From the sequence record JN849462.1: a DNA stretch of 64,000 bases. One strand, written 5' to 3'. Shown here in pieces: positions 1-9,539 of the stretch. The notes under the pieces are model-generated. The model ran no database searches. It had not been told where the DNA came from and was given only the letters and a program-made list of their open reading frames with translations. The number at the start of each line of letters is the position of its first letter. Positions within the stretch are counted from its first letter, which is position 1. The translations under genes and the position numbers were made by a program.

Positions 1-1
1 A

Positions 2-9
2 TATTTAGA
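2..9 (-). promoter_or_regulatory. Probable gp55-type late promoter (TCTAAATA) pointing out of the window
   Basis: tatttaga on + strand; in T4 the late gene 34 is divergent from rnh; the same 8-mer recurs at 11530 and 58832. Confidence 0.5.
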
Positions 10-40
10 CACACGATATACACATATAGGAAACGGTAAC

Positions 41-973
41 ATGAGTTTAGAGGGTTTCTTCAAACGAAAGACAAAATCGTTTGACGGATTGCCAGCGGGG
101 GTTAATCTCGTTGACTTCAGTCAGATTGTTTTGAGTACAATCATGGCGACATACAAGCCAACTGACTTGCTTACAGTCGATTTGATTCGGCATATCGTTT
201 TGAACACGCTACGAAGTAACGTGCTTAAAAACAAGATTAAATATCCACGCATCATCTTGTGTATTGATAACGGCAAAGGCGGTTATTGGCGCAAGAAAGA
301 GGCATGGTATTACAAATTCAAGCGTAGTGAACAGCGTGACGAATCTGGTTGGGATTTTGAGACTATTTTCGATGCAATGGCACAAATCAAAGACGAAATA
401 AAGCAGAATATGCCGTATTACGTCATGGACATTGAAGGCGTTGAAGCCGATGATCATATTGGTGTGCTGACTAATTACTACGTGAGCAAAAACGTACCAG
501 TTTTGATTACTTCTTCGGATGGCGACTTTACTCAGTTGCACACAAGCAAACTTGTAAGTCAATGGTCACCTATTCAGAAGAAGTGGGTCAAGCCAAAACA
601 TGGTTCGCCAGAAATGGACATCATGTACAAGTGCATCAAAGGCGATAAGAAAGACGGAATAGCTCCGTTGAAAGCGCCGAGCGATCACTACACGCATGGC
701 GATGGTCGACGAGCGCCTTCTGTTCGCAAAGAAGAGCTTCGCACGCTCATGACATCAACGCCAGAAGAGCTTAAAAAGCTTTTAACCGACGAGCAGTACG
801 CTCGTTATGAAGAAAACAGAAAATTGTTAGATTTTGCGTTTATCCCTGAGCATATCAGTGATAGTATTATCGAACAGTTTGAAACGCAAAAGCCGGCTCC
901 TCGCAGTAAAATCATGATGTATTTCGCTTCTAAGAAGTTAGATAAGCTGATTGAGAGCATGAGCGAATTTTAA
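41..973 (+). CDS. rnh: T4-type RNase H (5'-3' exonuclease, FEN-1 family)
   Basis: Motifs VDFSQI, YWRK..YKFKR, EADD, SSDGDFTQL, IKGDKKDGIA. Confidence 0.95.
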   Translation: MSLEGFFKRKTKSFDGLPAGVNLVDFSQIVLSTIMATYKPTDLLTVDLIRHIVLNTLRSNVLKNKIKYPRIILCIDNGKGGYWRKKEAWYYKFKRSEQRDESGWDFETIFDAMAQIKDEIKQNMPYYVMDIEGVEADDHIGVLTNYYVSKNVPVLITSSDGDFTQLHTSKLVSQWSPIQKKWVKPKHGSPEMDIMYKCIKGDKKDGIAPLKAPSDHYTHGDGRRAPSVRKEELRTLMTSTPEELKKLLTDEQYARYEENRKLLDFAFIPEHISDSIIEQFETQKPAPRSKIMMYFASKKLDKLIESMSEF

Positions 974-980
974 AAAAAGT

Positions 981-1009
981 GTTTAGAACGAAACGTGCTG
1001 CTGTATAAT
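981..1009 (+). promoter_or_regulatory. Class B sigma70-like promoter GTTTAG...TATAAT with the -10 in the loop of an inverted repeat
   Basis: gtttag 981-986, tataat 1004-1009; cgtgctgc/gcagcacg arms 994-1019. Confidence 0.65.
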
Positions 1010-1055
1010 GAGCAGCACGAAACAACGACATTGAACAAAACATATTGAGGTAACG

Positions 1056-1328
1056 ATGGACATTCTTGAATACGAAACAATTTCAACTCCGCAAGACAAG
1101 CAAGAAGTGGTTAACATGGTTAAGGAAGCTTCTGCATCTTTGTTGCGTATTGATTCTGAGCGCGATCTTATCAAAGACATTGCAAACCGCGCAAAAGAAG
1201 AATTTGAGATCAAGCCTGCTGATTTCAATAAAGTTGTGAAAATGTATCACAAGCAAAATCGCCAAGAAGAACAGGCGAAGTACGAGAAGATCGACAATCT
1301 ATACGAGAAGCTATTTGATGAAGAGTGA
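1056..1328 (+). CDS. dsbA: dsDNA-binding protein DsbA
   Basis: IKDIANRAKEE..FNKVVKMYHK pattern; syntenic rnh-dsbA-33-59-32. Confidence 0.8.
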   Translation: MDILEYETISTPQDKQEVVNMVKEASASLLRIDSERDLIKDIANRAKEEFEIKPADFNKVVKMYHKQNRQEEQAKYEKIDNLYEKLFDEE

Positions 1329-1611
1329 AGACTACGTTCTTAAAGAAGAGCTTGGTGATTTAGTGCCACCTATTAAAGGTAGCCTTAGACAGCAAATCTC
1401 TCTAGAAATTGAAGAGATTTACAATAGCTGTCCCGCCATGACCTATCTTGAAGCGTGTTTATTCTTTATTGAGCAATACGATTACGACATTAGTCGCTTC
1501 CCGTATCTGATTAATCAGACGTTGCGAGACAAAATTGAGACTGAGGCGATAAATGAAAAGACTATTAGAAGTCGATTTGGTTCTGCCTCGGACTTGGGTC
1601 AATGGGTATAG
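1315..1611 (+). CDS. 33: Late transcription coactivator gp33
   Basis: MTYLEAC..FIE..KIETEAINE resembles T4 gp33; synteny. Confidence 0.8.
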   Translation: MMKSEDYVLKEELGDLVPPIKGSLRQQISLEIEEIYNSCPAMTYLEACLFFIEQYDYDISRFPYLINQTLRDKIETEAINEKTIRSRFGSASDLGQWV

Positions 1612-2203
1612 CGTATTTCGCGTCTATTGCGCTGTCAAAGCGCATATGGGTGGCAAGTACGACATCTCCAAGTACAAACTCGGGATGAAAACACCTAGAT
1701 CTGCGTTCGAGAAGCGTTCAGATAAGGTGTTTTTTGAACGGCTAGCCAAACGGCTAACACTGAACGATTGCTATCAGTTGCTTGTTAGCAACTTAGCAGC
1801 TAACCCGAACGCTATCTCATACGAGATAGCGGGTGCTGACGCTCATGAATTCTGGTTGAAACATACGGGATTTTTGGAAATTTACAGTCAACACTACAAA
1901 AACGAGTTACTTTCGATTTTTACTCTTATAAATAAAGAGAATAAAAAATTCAAAGATTTGTTTAGAGGCGAAGGGCATCCAGTTATAATGCAACTCGTAT
2001 TACGAAACACTATCTCGATTGAGACGTTCGTAATTCTGAATAGACTTTTGAACTTCGTCCCTGTAATCGACAAGACATACAGTGATGACATTTTCTGGCA
2101 CGAGTTCAAGACGCGAGCTTTAGCATACGATAAGTTGCTGAAAATCGACGAAGAACTTGCGAAGGAATTGTTTATTCAAGTAAAAAATCAAAGTAAAATA
2201 TAA
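1553..2203 (+). CDS. 59: Helicase loader gp59
   Basis: NGYSVFRVY..K.H..GKYD..KY, FEKRSDKVFFERLA; synteny. Confidence 0.88.
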   Translation: MKRLLEVDLVLPRTWVNGYSVFRVYCAVKAHMGGKYDISKYKLGMKTPRSAFEKRSDKVFFERLAKRLTLNDCYQLLVSNLAANPNAISYEIAGADAHEFWLKHTGFLEIYSQHYKNELLSIFTLINKENKKFKDLFRGEGHPVIMQLVLRNTISIETFVILNRLLNFVPVIDKTYSDDIFWHEFKTRALAYDKLLKIDEELAKELFIQVKNQSKI

Positions 2204-2207
2204 AACA

Positions 2208-2237
2208 CAATACGATACAATATCATACTATACAATA
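2208..2237 (+). repeat. Six tandem NNATA pentamers in the gene 32 leader
   Basis: caata-cgata-caata-tcata-ctata-caata. Confidence 0.7.
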
Positions 2238-2253
2238 CAAGGTAATATACAAT

Positions 2254-3165
2254 ATGTCTATGTTCAAACGCAAATCTCCAGCACAACTTCAAGAAAAACT
2301 AGAAAAAATGTCAAGCAAAAAGTCATTTGACAACGCTGACGAGTGGAAACTAACCACTGATAAACTAGGTAACGGTTCTGCGGTGATTCGCTTCCTTCCT
2401 GCAAAAGGCGAAGACGACCTACCATTCGTAAAAATCTTCACTCACGGTTTCAAAGAAAACGGCAACTGGTTCATCGAAAACTGTCCATCGACTATCGATC
2501 TTCCTTGTCCATGCTGTGCAGCTAACGGCGAGCTTTGGAAAACTGAGAACGAAGACAATCAAAACATTGCGCGTAAACGCAAGCGTACTCTTTCATACTG
2601 GGCTAACATCGTTGTAATCAAAGATGACGCAGCGCCAGAAAATGAAGGCAAAGTTTTCAAATACCGCTTCGGTAAGAAAATTCTTGACAAGATCACTCAA
2701 GCTGCTCAAGCAGACGAAGATCTAGGTGTACCGGGCATGGACGTGACTTGTGTATTCGACGGTGCTAACTTCAGCTTGAAAGCTAAGAAAGTATCTGGGT
2801 TCCCTAACTACGACGACTCTAAATTCGGCCCAAGCACTGAGCTATACGGCGGTGACGAAGCTAAACTTAAAGAAGTTTGGGATGCAATGCACGATCTGAA
2901 CGCAATCATTGCGCCTTCAGCTTTCAAATCAGAAGCTGAACTACAGAAACGCTTCTTGCAAGTAACTGGTGCGGCTCAGCCAAAAGCATCGGCTGCTCAG
3001 AATCTTGAAGCGCAACTGAACACTTCTGCACCTGCTCAAGCAAATGCTCCAAAAGCGGCTGCTAAGCCAGCGGCATCAGTAGACGTTGATCCAGAGCCAG
3101 TAACTGACTCTGTTGACGACGAGCTAGACGCACTGCTTGCTGACCTAGAGCTAGGCGACGATTAA
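2254..3165 (+). CDS. 32: ssDNA-binding protein gp32
   Basis: MFKRKSPAQL, AVIRFLPA, HGFK..G.WFIENCPST, CPCC zinc site, acidic tail. Confidence 0.97.
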   Translation: MSMFKRKSPAQLQEKLEKMSSKKSFDNADEWKLTTDKLGNGSAVIRFLPAKGEDDLPFVKIFTHGFKENGNWFIENCPSTIDLPCPCCAANGELWKTENEDNQNIARKRKRTLSYWANIVVIKDDAAPENEGKVFKYRFGKKILDKITQAAQADEDLGVPGMDVTCVFDGANFSLKAKKVSGFPNYDDSKFGPSTELYGGDEAKLKEVWDAMHDLNAIIAPSAFKSEAELQKRFLQVTGAAQPKASAAQNLEAQLNTSAPAQANAPKAAAKPAASVDVDPEPVTDSVDDELDALLADLELGDD

Positions 3166-3172
3166 TGAATGG

Positions 3173-3194
3173 AAAGGGGCTGTTAAGCCCCTTT
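3173..3194 (+). terminator. Intrinsic terminator after gene 32
   Basis: aaaggggc-tgttaa-gccccttt. Confidence 0.75.
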
Positions 3195-3215
3195 GTTCTC
3201 TCTATAGGAGATTAA

Positions 3216-3761
3216 ATGAAAGTTCAAATCGTTTTTGCACATGCTATGAGCAAATCACCACATGCCCCTTTTGGCAATCAAAACGCACTCCCTTGGAAAC
3301 ACAATAAAGAAGACTTAGTACGATTTAAAGCCGCGACAATGAATAGCGTGCTTGTAATGGGTTCTAAGACGTTTGAATCACTACCGGGTAAGTTGCCCCA
3401 TCGTCCTCACATTGTGCTTAGTAGCAGCGATACAGCGACGGCTAGAAATGGTCAGCGTGCCGATGTTTACTGTTCGTGTGACGACTTCGGAGCGTTAATT
3501 AAGAACATCGAAAATGTTTATCTTATCGAAGGCTTTGATAAAATAAGTGTTATCGGTGGCCCTAGTGTTATCGAGTCTGCATTACCTTTTGCAGACTGCA
3601 TATATAAAACTACAATCGTTGAAGAAATTGAATCGTACGACGTTACAATTGATTTGACTAAAATATTCTGGCATTTCCCTCACAGAGTGGAATCGGAGGT
3701 CGTTGAATGTCAAAATGGCTCAACGATTTTCATTGAAAAGTTAACAAAGGGTGACTTATGA
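3216..3761 (+). CDS. frd: Dihydrofolate reductase
   Basis: FG.QNALPWK, VMGSKTFESLPGKLP.R, VIGGPSV. Confidence 0.9.
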   Translation: MKVQIVFAHAMSKSPHAPFGNQNALPWKHNKEDLVRFKAATMNSVLVMGSKTFESLPGKLPHRPHIVLSSSDTATARNGQRADVYCSCDDFGALIKNIENVYLIEGFDKISVIGGPSVIESALPFADCIYKTTIVEEIESYDVTIDLTKIFWHFPHRVESEVVECQNGSTIFIEKLTKGDL

Positions 3762-4477
3762 TTTTTAAGAACAACATTGGATGGTATGCAGGGGCAGGTT
3801 CTGTACGTCATGATTTCTACATCAACGGCCCGATTGAAGAGCCAAGCGATTATGAAGAAATGCTTCAGATTCTACATACCGCGTCTGAAACGGACTTGGT
3901 TTACTTGCACTTGAACACACCTGGCGGTAACTTTGCTGCTGCTTGTCAAATCTGTGATGCAATCATGCAATCCAAAGCGGGCGCGGTTATTGCGTGCGCT
4001 GAAGGCGAAGTATGTAGCGCAGGTACTATGATTTTCCTTGCTTGTAACGGCTGGCACGTATCGCCATTTGCAACGTTTATGTTCCACACATCTAGCGGTG
4101 GTCAAATCGGTAAAATGCCTGACACGTTGAAACAAGCTAAGGCACATGAAGAGCATCTTAACCGCGTTTGTGGTTTGCTTTACGAGCCGTTCTTCGATGC
4201 TGACGAAATCGACGAGATCATCAACCATAACCAAGACTTGTGGTTGACGCCAGACGAAGTTACTGAGCGTCTACAGCTTATGTCTAAGAAATTTGAATCA
4301 GACATGAAAGAAGCTGAAGAAAAAATTGCTGGTGACATCGAAGCTCAATTAGAAGAGCAAATTGCCGAGCGTGTTGCTGAAGAGCTTCGCAAGCTGAAAG
4401 AAGATCCTGACGACGAAGAAGTTGAAGAGATTGAAGAAAAGCCGAAGCGCAAACGCAAAACTGCGAAAAAAGCCTAG
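3758..4477 (+). CDS. ClpP-like serine protease with acidic/basic tail
   Basis: LHLNTPGG, CSAGTMIFLA (catalytic Ser), FMFH (catalytic His), DLWLTPDE. Confidence 0.75.
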   Translation: MIFKNNIGWYAGAGSVRHDFYINGPIEEPSDYEEMLQILHTASETDLVYLHLNTPGGNFAAACQICDAIMQSKAGAVIACAEGEVCSAGTMIFLACNGWHVSPFATFMFHTSSGGQIGKMPDTLKQAKAHEEHLNRVCGLLYEPFFDADEIDEIINHNQDLWLTPDEVTERLQLMSKKFESDMKEAEEKIAGDIEAQLEEQIAERVAEELRKLKEDPDDEEVEEIEEKPKRKRKTAKKA

Positions 4478-4543
4478 TTTAGTTTCTGTTGTAATTTAAG
4501 GGGTGGCAATTTGCTGCTCCTTTCTTAGTTAAAAGGTAAAATA

Positions 4544-5644
4544 ATGTCAGATTTAATGAAATCACTGAAAAAGTCGAGCACTTCTGGTTACGCGCAAGTT
4601 CTTTCTGAAAGCCAGTTTATGTTTGACAAAGACCACACTCGTACGTATGTACCTGCGATTAACATTGCATTCAGTGGTGAAGTAGATGGTGGCTTGACTT
4701 CAGGGTTAACTGTTCTAGCGGGTCCATCTAAGCACTTTAAATCAAACTTAGGTCTAGTCGCCGTCGCTGCTTATCTGAAGAAGTACCCAGACGCAGTTTG
4801 TGTGTTCATTGATACAGAATTCGGTATTACACCGTCATATTTGCGTTCTCAAGGGGTTGACCCAGACCGTGTTCTTCATATACAATGTGAGAGCGTTGAG
4901 CGTATGAAGTTTGAAATGGCTAATCAGCTTAAAGATCTTGCAGAGCGTAAGCGTGCGAAGAAAGCGGGTGAAGAGCCAGACCGCGTTATCTTCTTCATTG
5001 ACTCGGTTGGTAACGTAGCATCAGCAAAAGAAATCGACGACGCTCAAAACGAGAAGTCGGTTGCTGATATGTCACGTGCGAAACAGTTGAAATCACTGTT
5101 CCGTATCATCACGCCGTATTTCACAATGCTAGACATTCCTTGTATTGCGATCAACCACACGTATCAGACACAAGAAATCTACTCAAAAACTGTCATGTCT
5201 GGTGGTACGGGTATCATGTATTCTGCTGATACGGTAATCATTCTTGGTAAGCAACAAGAAAAAGACGGCAAAGACATCATCGGTTATCACTTCATCATGA
5301 ACATCGAGAAATCGCGTTTCGTGAAAGAGAAAATGAAAGTTCCGTTGACTGTTACATACGAAAACGGTATCGACCCGTTCTCTGGTCTTCTTGACATTGC
5401 TCTTCAGACTGGTCACGTTGTTAAGCCGTCTAACGGATGGTATCAGCGTGCGACTGTTGACGAAGAAACTGGTGAAATGATCGTCGAAGAAAAGAAATAT
5501 CGCGCAAAAGAAACGCAGACTATTTCTTTCTGGAAAGACATCATCAATTCGCCTACGTTCAAAGAAGGCGTCAAGCGCATTTACTGCCTCGGTCAATTAG
5601 ACGAATCTGAACTATTCGGCGAAGTTGACAGCCTATTCGACTAA
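4544..5644 (+). CDS. uvsX: RecA-like recombinase UvsX
   Basis: AGPSKHFKS Walker A, DTEFG, DMSRAKQLKSLFR, SGGTGIMYSAD. Confidence 0.97.
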   Translation: MSDLMKSLKKSSTSGYAQVLSESQFMFDKDHTRTYVPAINIAFSGEVDGGLTSGLTVLAGPSKHFKSNLGLVAVAAYLKKYPDAVCVFIDTEFGITPSYLRSQGVDPDRVLHIQCESVERMKFEMANQLKDLAERKRAKKAGEEPDRVIFFIDSVGNVASAKEIDDAQNEKSVADMSRAKQLKSLFRIITPYFTMLDIPCIAINHTYQTQEIYSKTVMSGGTGIMYSADTVIILGKQQEKDGKDIIGYHFIMNIEKSRFVKEKMKVPLTVTYENGIDPFSGLLDIALQTGHVVKPSNGWYQRATVDEETGEMIVEEKKYRAKETQTISFWKDIINSPTFKEGVKRIYCLGQLDESELFGEVDSLFD

Positions 5645-5651
5645 TACCCAC

Positions 5652-5681
5652 GAGACCCGTTGATTTGTCAGCGGGTCTTTT
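5652..5681 (+). terminator. Intrinsic terminator after uvsX
   Basis: agacccgttga-tttg-tcagcgggtctttt. Confidence 0.7.
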
Positions 5682-5703
5682 AGCCATTTGAGGACGCCAA
5701 ATT

Positions 5704-6006
5704 ATGTCACCGACTCAAGCTAGTGAAATACTGACTGAACTACAAGAACGAGTGAAATTTAGTATCATGATTGATGATATTGAAGTTTATATCACTGATA
5801 TTATAGTAGATAATAGCGGGAGACTCAAAATTGAATTTGTTACTCAACATCCAGACAAAGAAGATCAAATTCGTCCGCATGTTGAGGCATGTATTATGAA
5901 ACTTATTAGTGAAGAACAAAAACGTAACGGGGTAGAAGAACAATGCAAATCGAGAAGTCGATTTTCTCAAATCTTATCGAAAATCAAGAGTACTTTGCTA
6001 CCGTAA
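5704..6006 (+). CDS. 40: gp40-like head vertex assembly chaperone
   Basis: Position between uvsX and 41; VYITDI..IEF..PHVEACI pattern. Confidence 0.6.
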   Translation: MSPTQASEILTELQERVKFSIMIDDIEVYITDIIVDNSGRLKIEFVTQHPDKEDQIRPHVEACIMKLISEEQKRNGVEEQCKSRSRFSQILSKIKSTLLP

Positions 6007-7343
6007 TCCCGCACTTAAAGAAAGAGTATTTTCAGTCAACTGCTCATCAGCACATTTTCATGATGATTAAGAATCACGCGGATGAGTATAAACGTCGTGC
6101 AACGCCTGAAGTGCTTAAAGTATGTCTTGAATCTCTCACGGGGATTAGTGAATACGACTATGCGGAAATTCAGCAAACTATTAATGAATTAGATCCACAT
6201 CCGAGCCATGATTTGCGTTGGCTCATTGACATGACTGAACAGTTTTGTATTGAACAAAGTGTTTTCAACGCCCTGAGTGAATCATTAGCGATTCAAGAAA
6301 ACGCAGCAAAGCCACTTGATCAACAAAACAAGCGTATTAAGCCGCTAGGCGCGATTCCCGAATTAATGCGTGACGCGCTCAACGTGTGTTTTGATACGTC
6401 AGTAGGTCATGATTATTTTGAAGACTGGGAACCTCGATACAAATCATATATCGAGAAAGCAGCAAAAATCCCGTTCAAAATGAACATTCTTAACAAGATC
6501 ACTCAAGGTGGTGTTGAAAGAAGTACTCTGAATCTTCTTCTAGCGGGTTCTAACGTAGGTAAATCACTTGCATTATGTCACTTAGCGACTGAGTATCTTC
6601 TGCAAGGCTACAACGTTCTATACATCAGTATGGAAATGAGTGAAGCGGCAGTATCGAAGCGTATTGATGCCAACTTAATGGACATCAGTATGGACGATTT
6701 CGATACTATTACTGAAAAAACATACGGCAACAAGATTCAGAATCTTGAGAAGAAAACTCAAGGTAAGTTATTCATCAAACAGTTCCCAACTGCTGGTGCT
6801 AACGTAACTCACTTCAACACGCTCATGAACGAGCTTCGTACGAAGAAGAACGTTATTCCAGACATCGTGATTGTCGATTACTTGGGTATCTGTGCGAGTT
6901 CTCGTGTAAGCAGTTCTGAAAACACATACGTACACGTTAAAGCAATCGCTGAAGAGATTCGTGGTTTTGCTGTTGAACACAACGTAGCTGTTTGGTCGGC
7001 TGCTCAGACCACACGTAACGCATGGGATGCAAGCGACATGGGAATGGGTGACATTGCTGAATCGGCTGGTCTTGCACATACTGCTGACTTGATTCTAGGT
7101 ATAATGGAAACTGAAGAAACAGTTGCACTTGGACAACAACGAGTCAAGCAGATTAAGTCGCGTTATGCCGACCGAAATCAAGATCAGACATTTATGATTG
7201 CTGTTAATAAAGGCAAACAACGATGGGGTGATATTGATGGTACAGCGAATTATTCAGCGCCTGCTCAGTCTCAAGCGAAATCGGCGTCTCCTTTCGCGCA
7301 GAAGAAAGAATCGTCGGCAAAAGCAGAGGCGGTAAATTGGTAG
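5943..7343 (+). CDS. 41: Replicative DNA helicase gp41
   Basis: AGSNVGKS Walker A, YISMEMSE, VDYLGIC, SAAQTTR, ESAGL. Confidence 0.97.
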   Translation: MQIEKSIFSNLIENQEYFATVIPHLKKEYFQSTAHQHIFMMIKNHADEYKRRATPEVLKVCLESLTGISEYDYAEIQQTINELDPHPSHDLRWLIDMTEQFCIEQSVFNALSESLAIQENAAKPLDQQNKRIKPLGAIPELMRDALNVCFDTSVGHDYFEDWEPRYKSYIEKAAKIPFKMNILNKITQGGVERSTLNLLLAGSNVGKSLALCHLATEYLLQGYNVLYISMEMSEAAVSKRIDANLMDISMDDFDTITEKTYGNKIQNLEKKTQGKLFIKQFPTAGANVTHFNTLMNELRTKKNVIPDIVIVDYLGICASSRVSSSENTYVHVKAIAEEIRGFAVEHNVAVWSAAQTTRNAWDASDMGMGDIAESAGLAHTADLILGIMETEETVALGQQRVKQIKSRYADRNQDQTFMIAVNKGKQRWGDIDGTANYSAPAQSQAKSASPFAQKKESSAKAEAVNW

Positions 7344-7582
7344 AGATCATCGGGTCTAAGTATTGTCTGGCGTGTCGCAAATTATGTGAGACGCTAGACA
7401 AGAGAGACATTAAATACACATTTTATGACGCATTTGTTCCAAATGAACGCTATGTGATTCTTCAGAAAATTGCTGAAGACGAAGGTTATATTGCCCACCC
7501 GATAGCGTTCTACAACGGCGAATGCCTTGGCGAGGGTGTGAGCGTCTTATCTCGCATCGACAAACGGTTAGAAGAGGAATGA
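7337..7582 (+). CDS. Glutaredoxin-like (NrdH-type) redoxin
   Basis: CLAC CxxC motif; directly upstream of nrdD; TTG start. Confidence 0.65.
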   Translation: MVEIIGSKYCLACRKLCETLDKRDIKYTFYDAFVPNERYVILQKIAEDEGYIAHPIAFYNGECLGEGVSVLSRIDKRLEEE

Positions 7583-9418
7583 ATGAAAGACGACATTTTA
7601 GACATTGTTAGCGGTTCGGGTAATATTAAAGAAAATGCCAATAAAGACTCGAAAGTGATCCCTACAATGCGTGACTTGGTAGCTGGTACAGTGTCGAAAC
7701 AATATGCACTGGAAGAATATCTACCGAAGCACATTGCAGACGCTCATATCGACGGCGATATTCATTTTCACGACCTTGATTACAGCCCACTATTCCCACA
7801 ATTCAACTGTATGCTTATCGACATCAAGGGGATGTTCGAAGGTGGGTTCAAAATGGGTAACGCTGAAATTGAAGAGCCAAATAGCATTGCGACTGCTGCT
7901 ACTATCGTAACTCAGATCATTCAGCAAGTAAGCAGCCACATCTATGGCGGCAACACAATCAATCGCATCGACGAAGTGCTTGCTCCTTATGTTCGCAAGT
8001 CGTACTACAAATGGTTAGAAATCGGTCGAGAAGAACATCCAGATTCAGATTCAAAAGCCGCGATCTTTGCTCGTAAACGAGTTGAGAAAGAAACGTATGA
8101 TGCGTTTCAGACTTTTGAATACCAAGTTAATACAATGCAGACTTCAAATGGTCAGACACCATTCACGACAATCAACTTCGGTTTAGGCACGTCGTGGGAA
8201 GAGAAACTGATTCAGAAAAGCATTCTGCAAAATCGTATTGCTGGTCTAGGCAAGACTAAGAAAACTGCTATCTTCCCGAAACTTGTTTTCACGTTGAAAG
8301 ACGGTGTTAACTTGAAAGAAGGTGATCCGTGCTACGGTATCAAGAAGCTTGCTCTTGAATGTGCAAGTAAACGCATGTACCCAGACATTTTGAACTATGA
8401 AAAGTTAGTTGAAACAACTGGTGGATTTAAGTCGCCGATGGGATGTCGTTCATTCTTGGGTGATTGGAAAAATGAAGACGGTGAGACTGTATTCGATGGT
8501 CGTAATAACTTAGGTGTTGTTTCTATCAACATCCCGCGTATTGCAATCGAAGCATCGGGAGACACTGAACGTTTCTTCGAGATCTTGCACGAACGTTGTA
8601 CACTAGCTTACGAAGCGTTGATGCTGCGTATCAAGCGTTTTGACGATGTTACTGCATCAGTTGCACCGATTCTATATTGTGAAGGCGCAATGGGCGTACG
8701 CTTGAAGCCAACTGATAAAGTCAGTGAAGTGTTCAAGAACGGTCGCGCAAGTATTTCACTCGGTTACATCGGTCTGCATGAAGCTGTAACGCTGCTTTCG
8801 CCTGACAAAGACATGCATACATTCGAGTCGCAGCACAAGCAATTCCTTGCTGAAAAGATTGTTGAGACGCTTAGAGCGTACACAGACGCATGGAAAGAAC
8901 TGACTGGCTATGGCTTCAGCCTATACAGCACGCCAAGCGAATCGCTATGTGATCGTTTCTGTCGTCTCGACCAAGAGAAATACGGTATCATTACGGGTAT
9001 CAACGACAAAGACTATTACACGAACTCGTTCCACTTAGATGTGTTCAAGAAAGTGAACCCGTTTGAGAAGATTGATTTCGAAGCAGCATACCCGATGTAC
9101 GCGAATGGTGGTTTCATCTGCTATGCTGAATTCCCGAACATGCGAGACAACATCAAAGGTCTAGAGCGCGTATGGGATTACGCATACACGAAAGTTGCGT
9201 ACTTCGGCACAAACACGCCTATTGACCAGTGTACTTGTGGTTGGTCTGGTGAAGCACATACAGATTCGGATGGTTATTCATGTCCTGTATGTGGCGAACG
9301 CGACCCTGAAAAATTACACGTGACACGTCGTGTCTGTGGCTATCTCGGTAACCCGGGTGCTCGTGGATGGAATCACGGCAAGACTGTCGAAATGCAAAAT
9401 CGAGTTAAACACTGTTAA
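7583..9418 (+). CDS. nrdD: Anaerobic ribonucleoside-triphosphate reductase
   Basis: HFHDLDY, PMGCRSFL, YSTPSESLCDRF, CPVC zinc site, RRVCGYLG glycyl radical motif; uninterrupted. Confidence 0.98.
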   Translation: MKDDILDIVSGSGNIKENANKDSKVIPTMRDLVAGTVSKQYALEEYLPKHIADAHIDGDIHFHDLDYSPLFPQFNCMLIDIKGMFEGGFKMGNAEIEEPNSIATAATIVTQIIQQVSSHIYGGNTINRIDEVLAPYVRKSYYKWLEIGREEHPDSDSKAAIFARKRVEKETYDAFQTFEYQVNTMQTSNGQTPFTTINFGLGTSWEEKLIQKSILQNRIAGLGKTKKTAIFPKLVFTLKDGVNLKEGDPCYGIKKLALECASKRMYPDILNYEKLVETTGGFKSPMGCRSFLGDWKNEDGETVFDGRNNLGVVSINIPRIAIEASGDTERFFEILHERCTLAYEALMLRIKRFDDVTASVAPILYCEGAMGVRLKPTDKVSEVFKNGRASISLGYIGLHEAVTLLSPDKDMHTFESQHKQFLAEKIVETLRAYTDAWKELTGYGFSLYSTPSESLCDRFCRLDQEKYGIITGINDKDYYTNSFHLDVFKKVNPFEKIDFEAAYPMYANGGFICYAEFPNMRDNIKGLERVWDYAYTKVAYFGTNTPIDQCTCGWSGEAHTDSDGYSCPVCGERDPEKLHVTRRVCGYLGNPGARGWNHGKTVEMQNRVKHC

Positions 9419-9420
9419 GA

Positions 9421-9444
9421 AAGCGCCTTCGGGCGTCTTTTTTT
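9421..9444 (+). terminator. Intrinsic terminator after nrdD
   Basis: gcgcc-ttcg-ggcgtc followed by T run. Confidence 0.75.
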
Positions 9445-9457
9445 GTTTTTGTCGAAG

Positions 9458-9539
9458 AAAAAGGTTGCAACACGAGTCAGGAGTGCGTAATATTAACTTC
9501 ATCGAGACGACATCGACTAACAGAGAGAGAAACATTATG
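9458..9539 (+). promoter_or_regulatory. Class A early promoter cassette plus conserved leader
   Basis: TTGCAA 9465, 17 nt, TAATAT 9488; catcgagacga..agagagagaaacattATG. Confidence 0.75.

Noticed and set aside
9330-9536. N-terminal extension of ORF 9330-9956
   Set aside because: It overlaps the nrdD end and crosses a terminator and promoter; ATG 9537 has the standard leader and RBS
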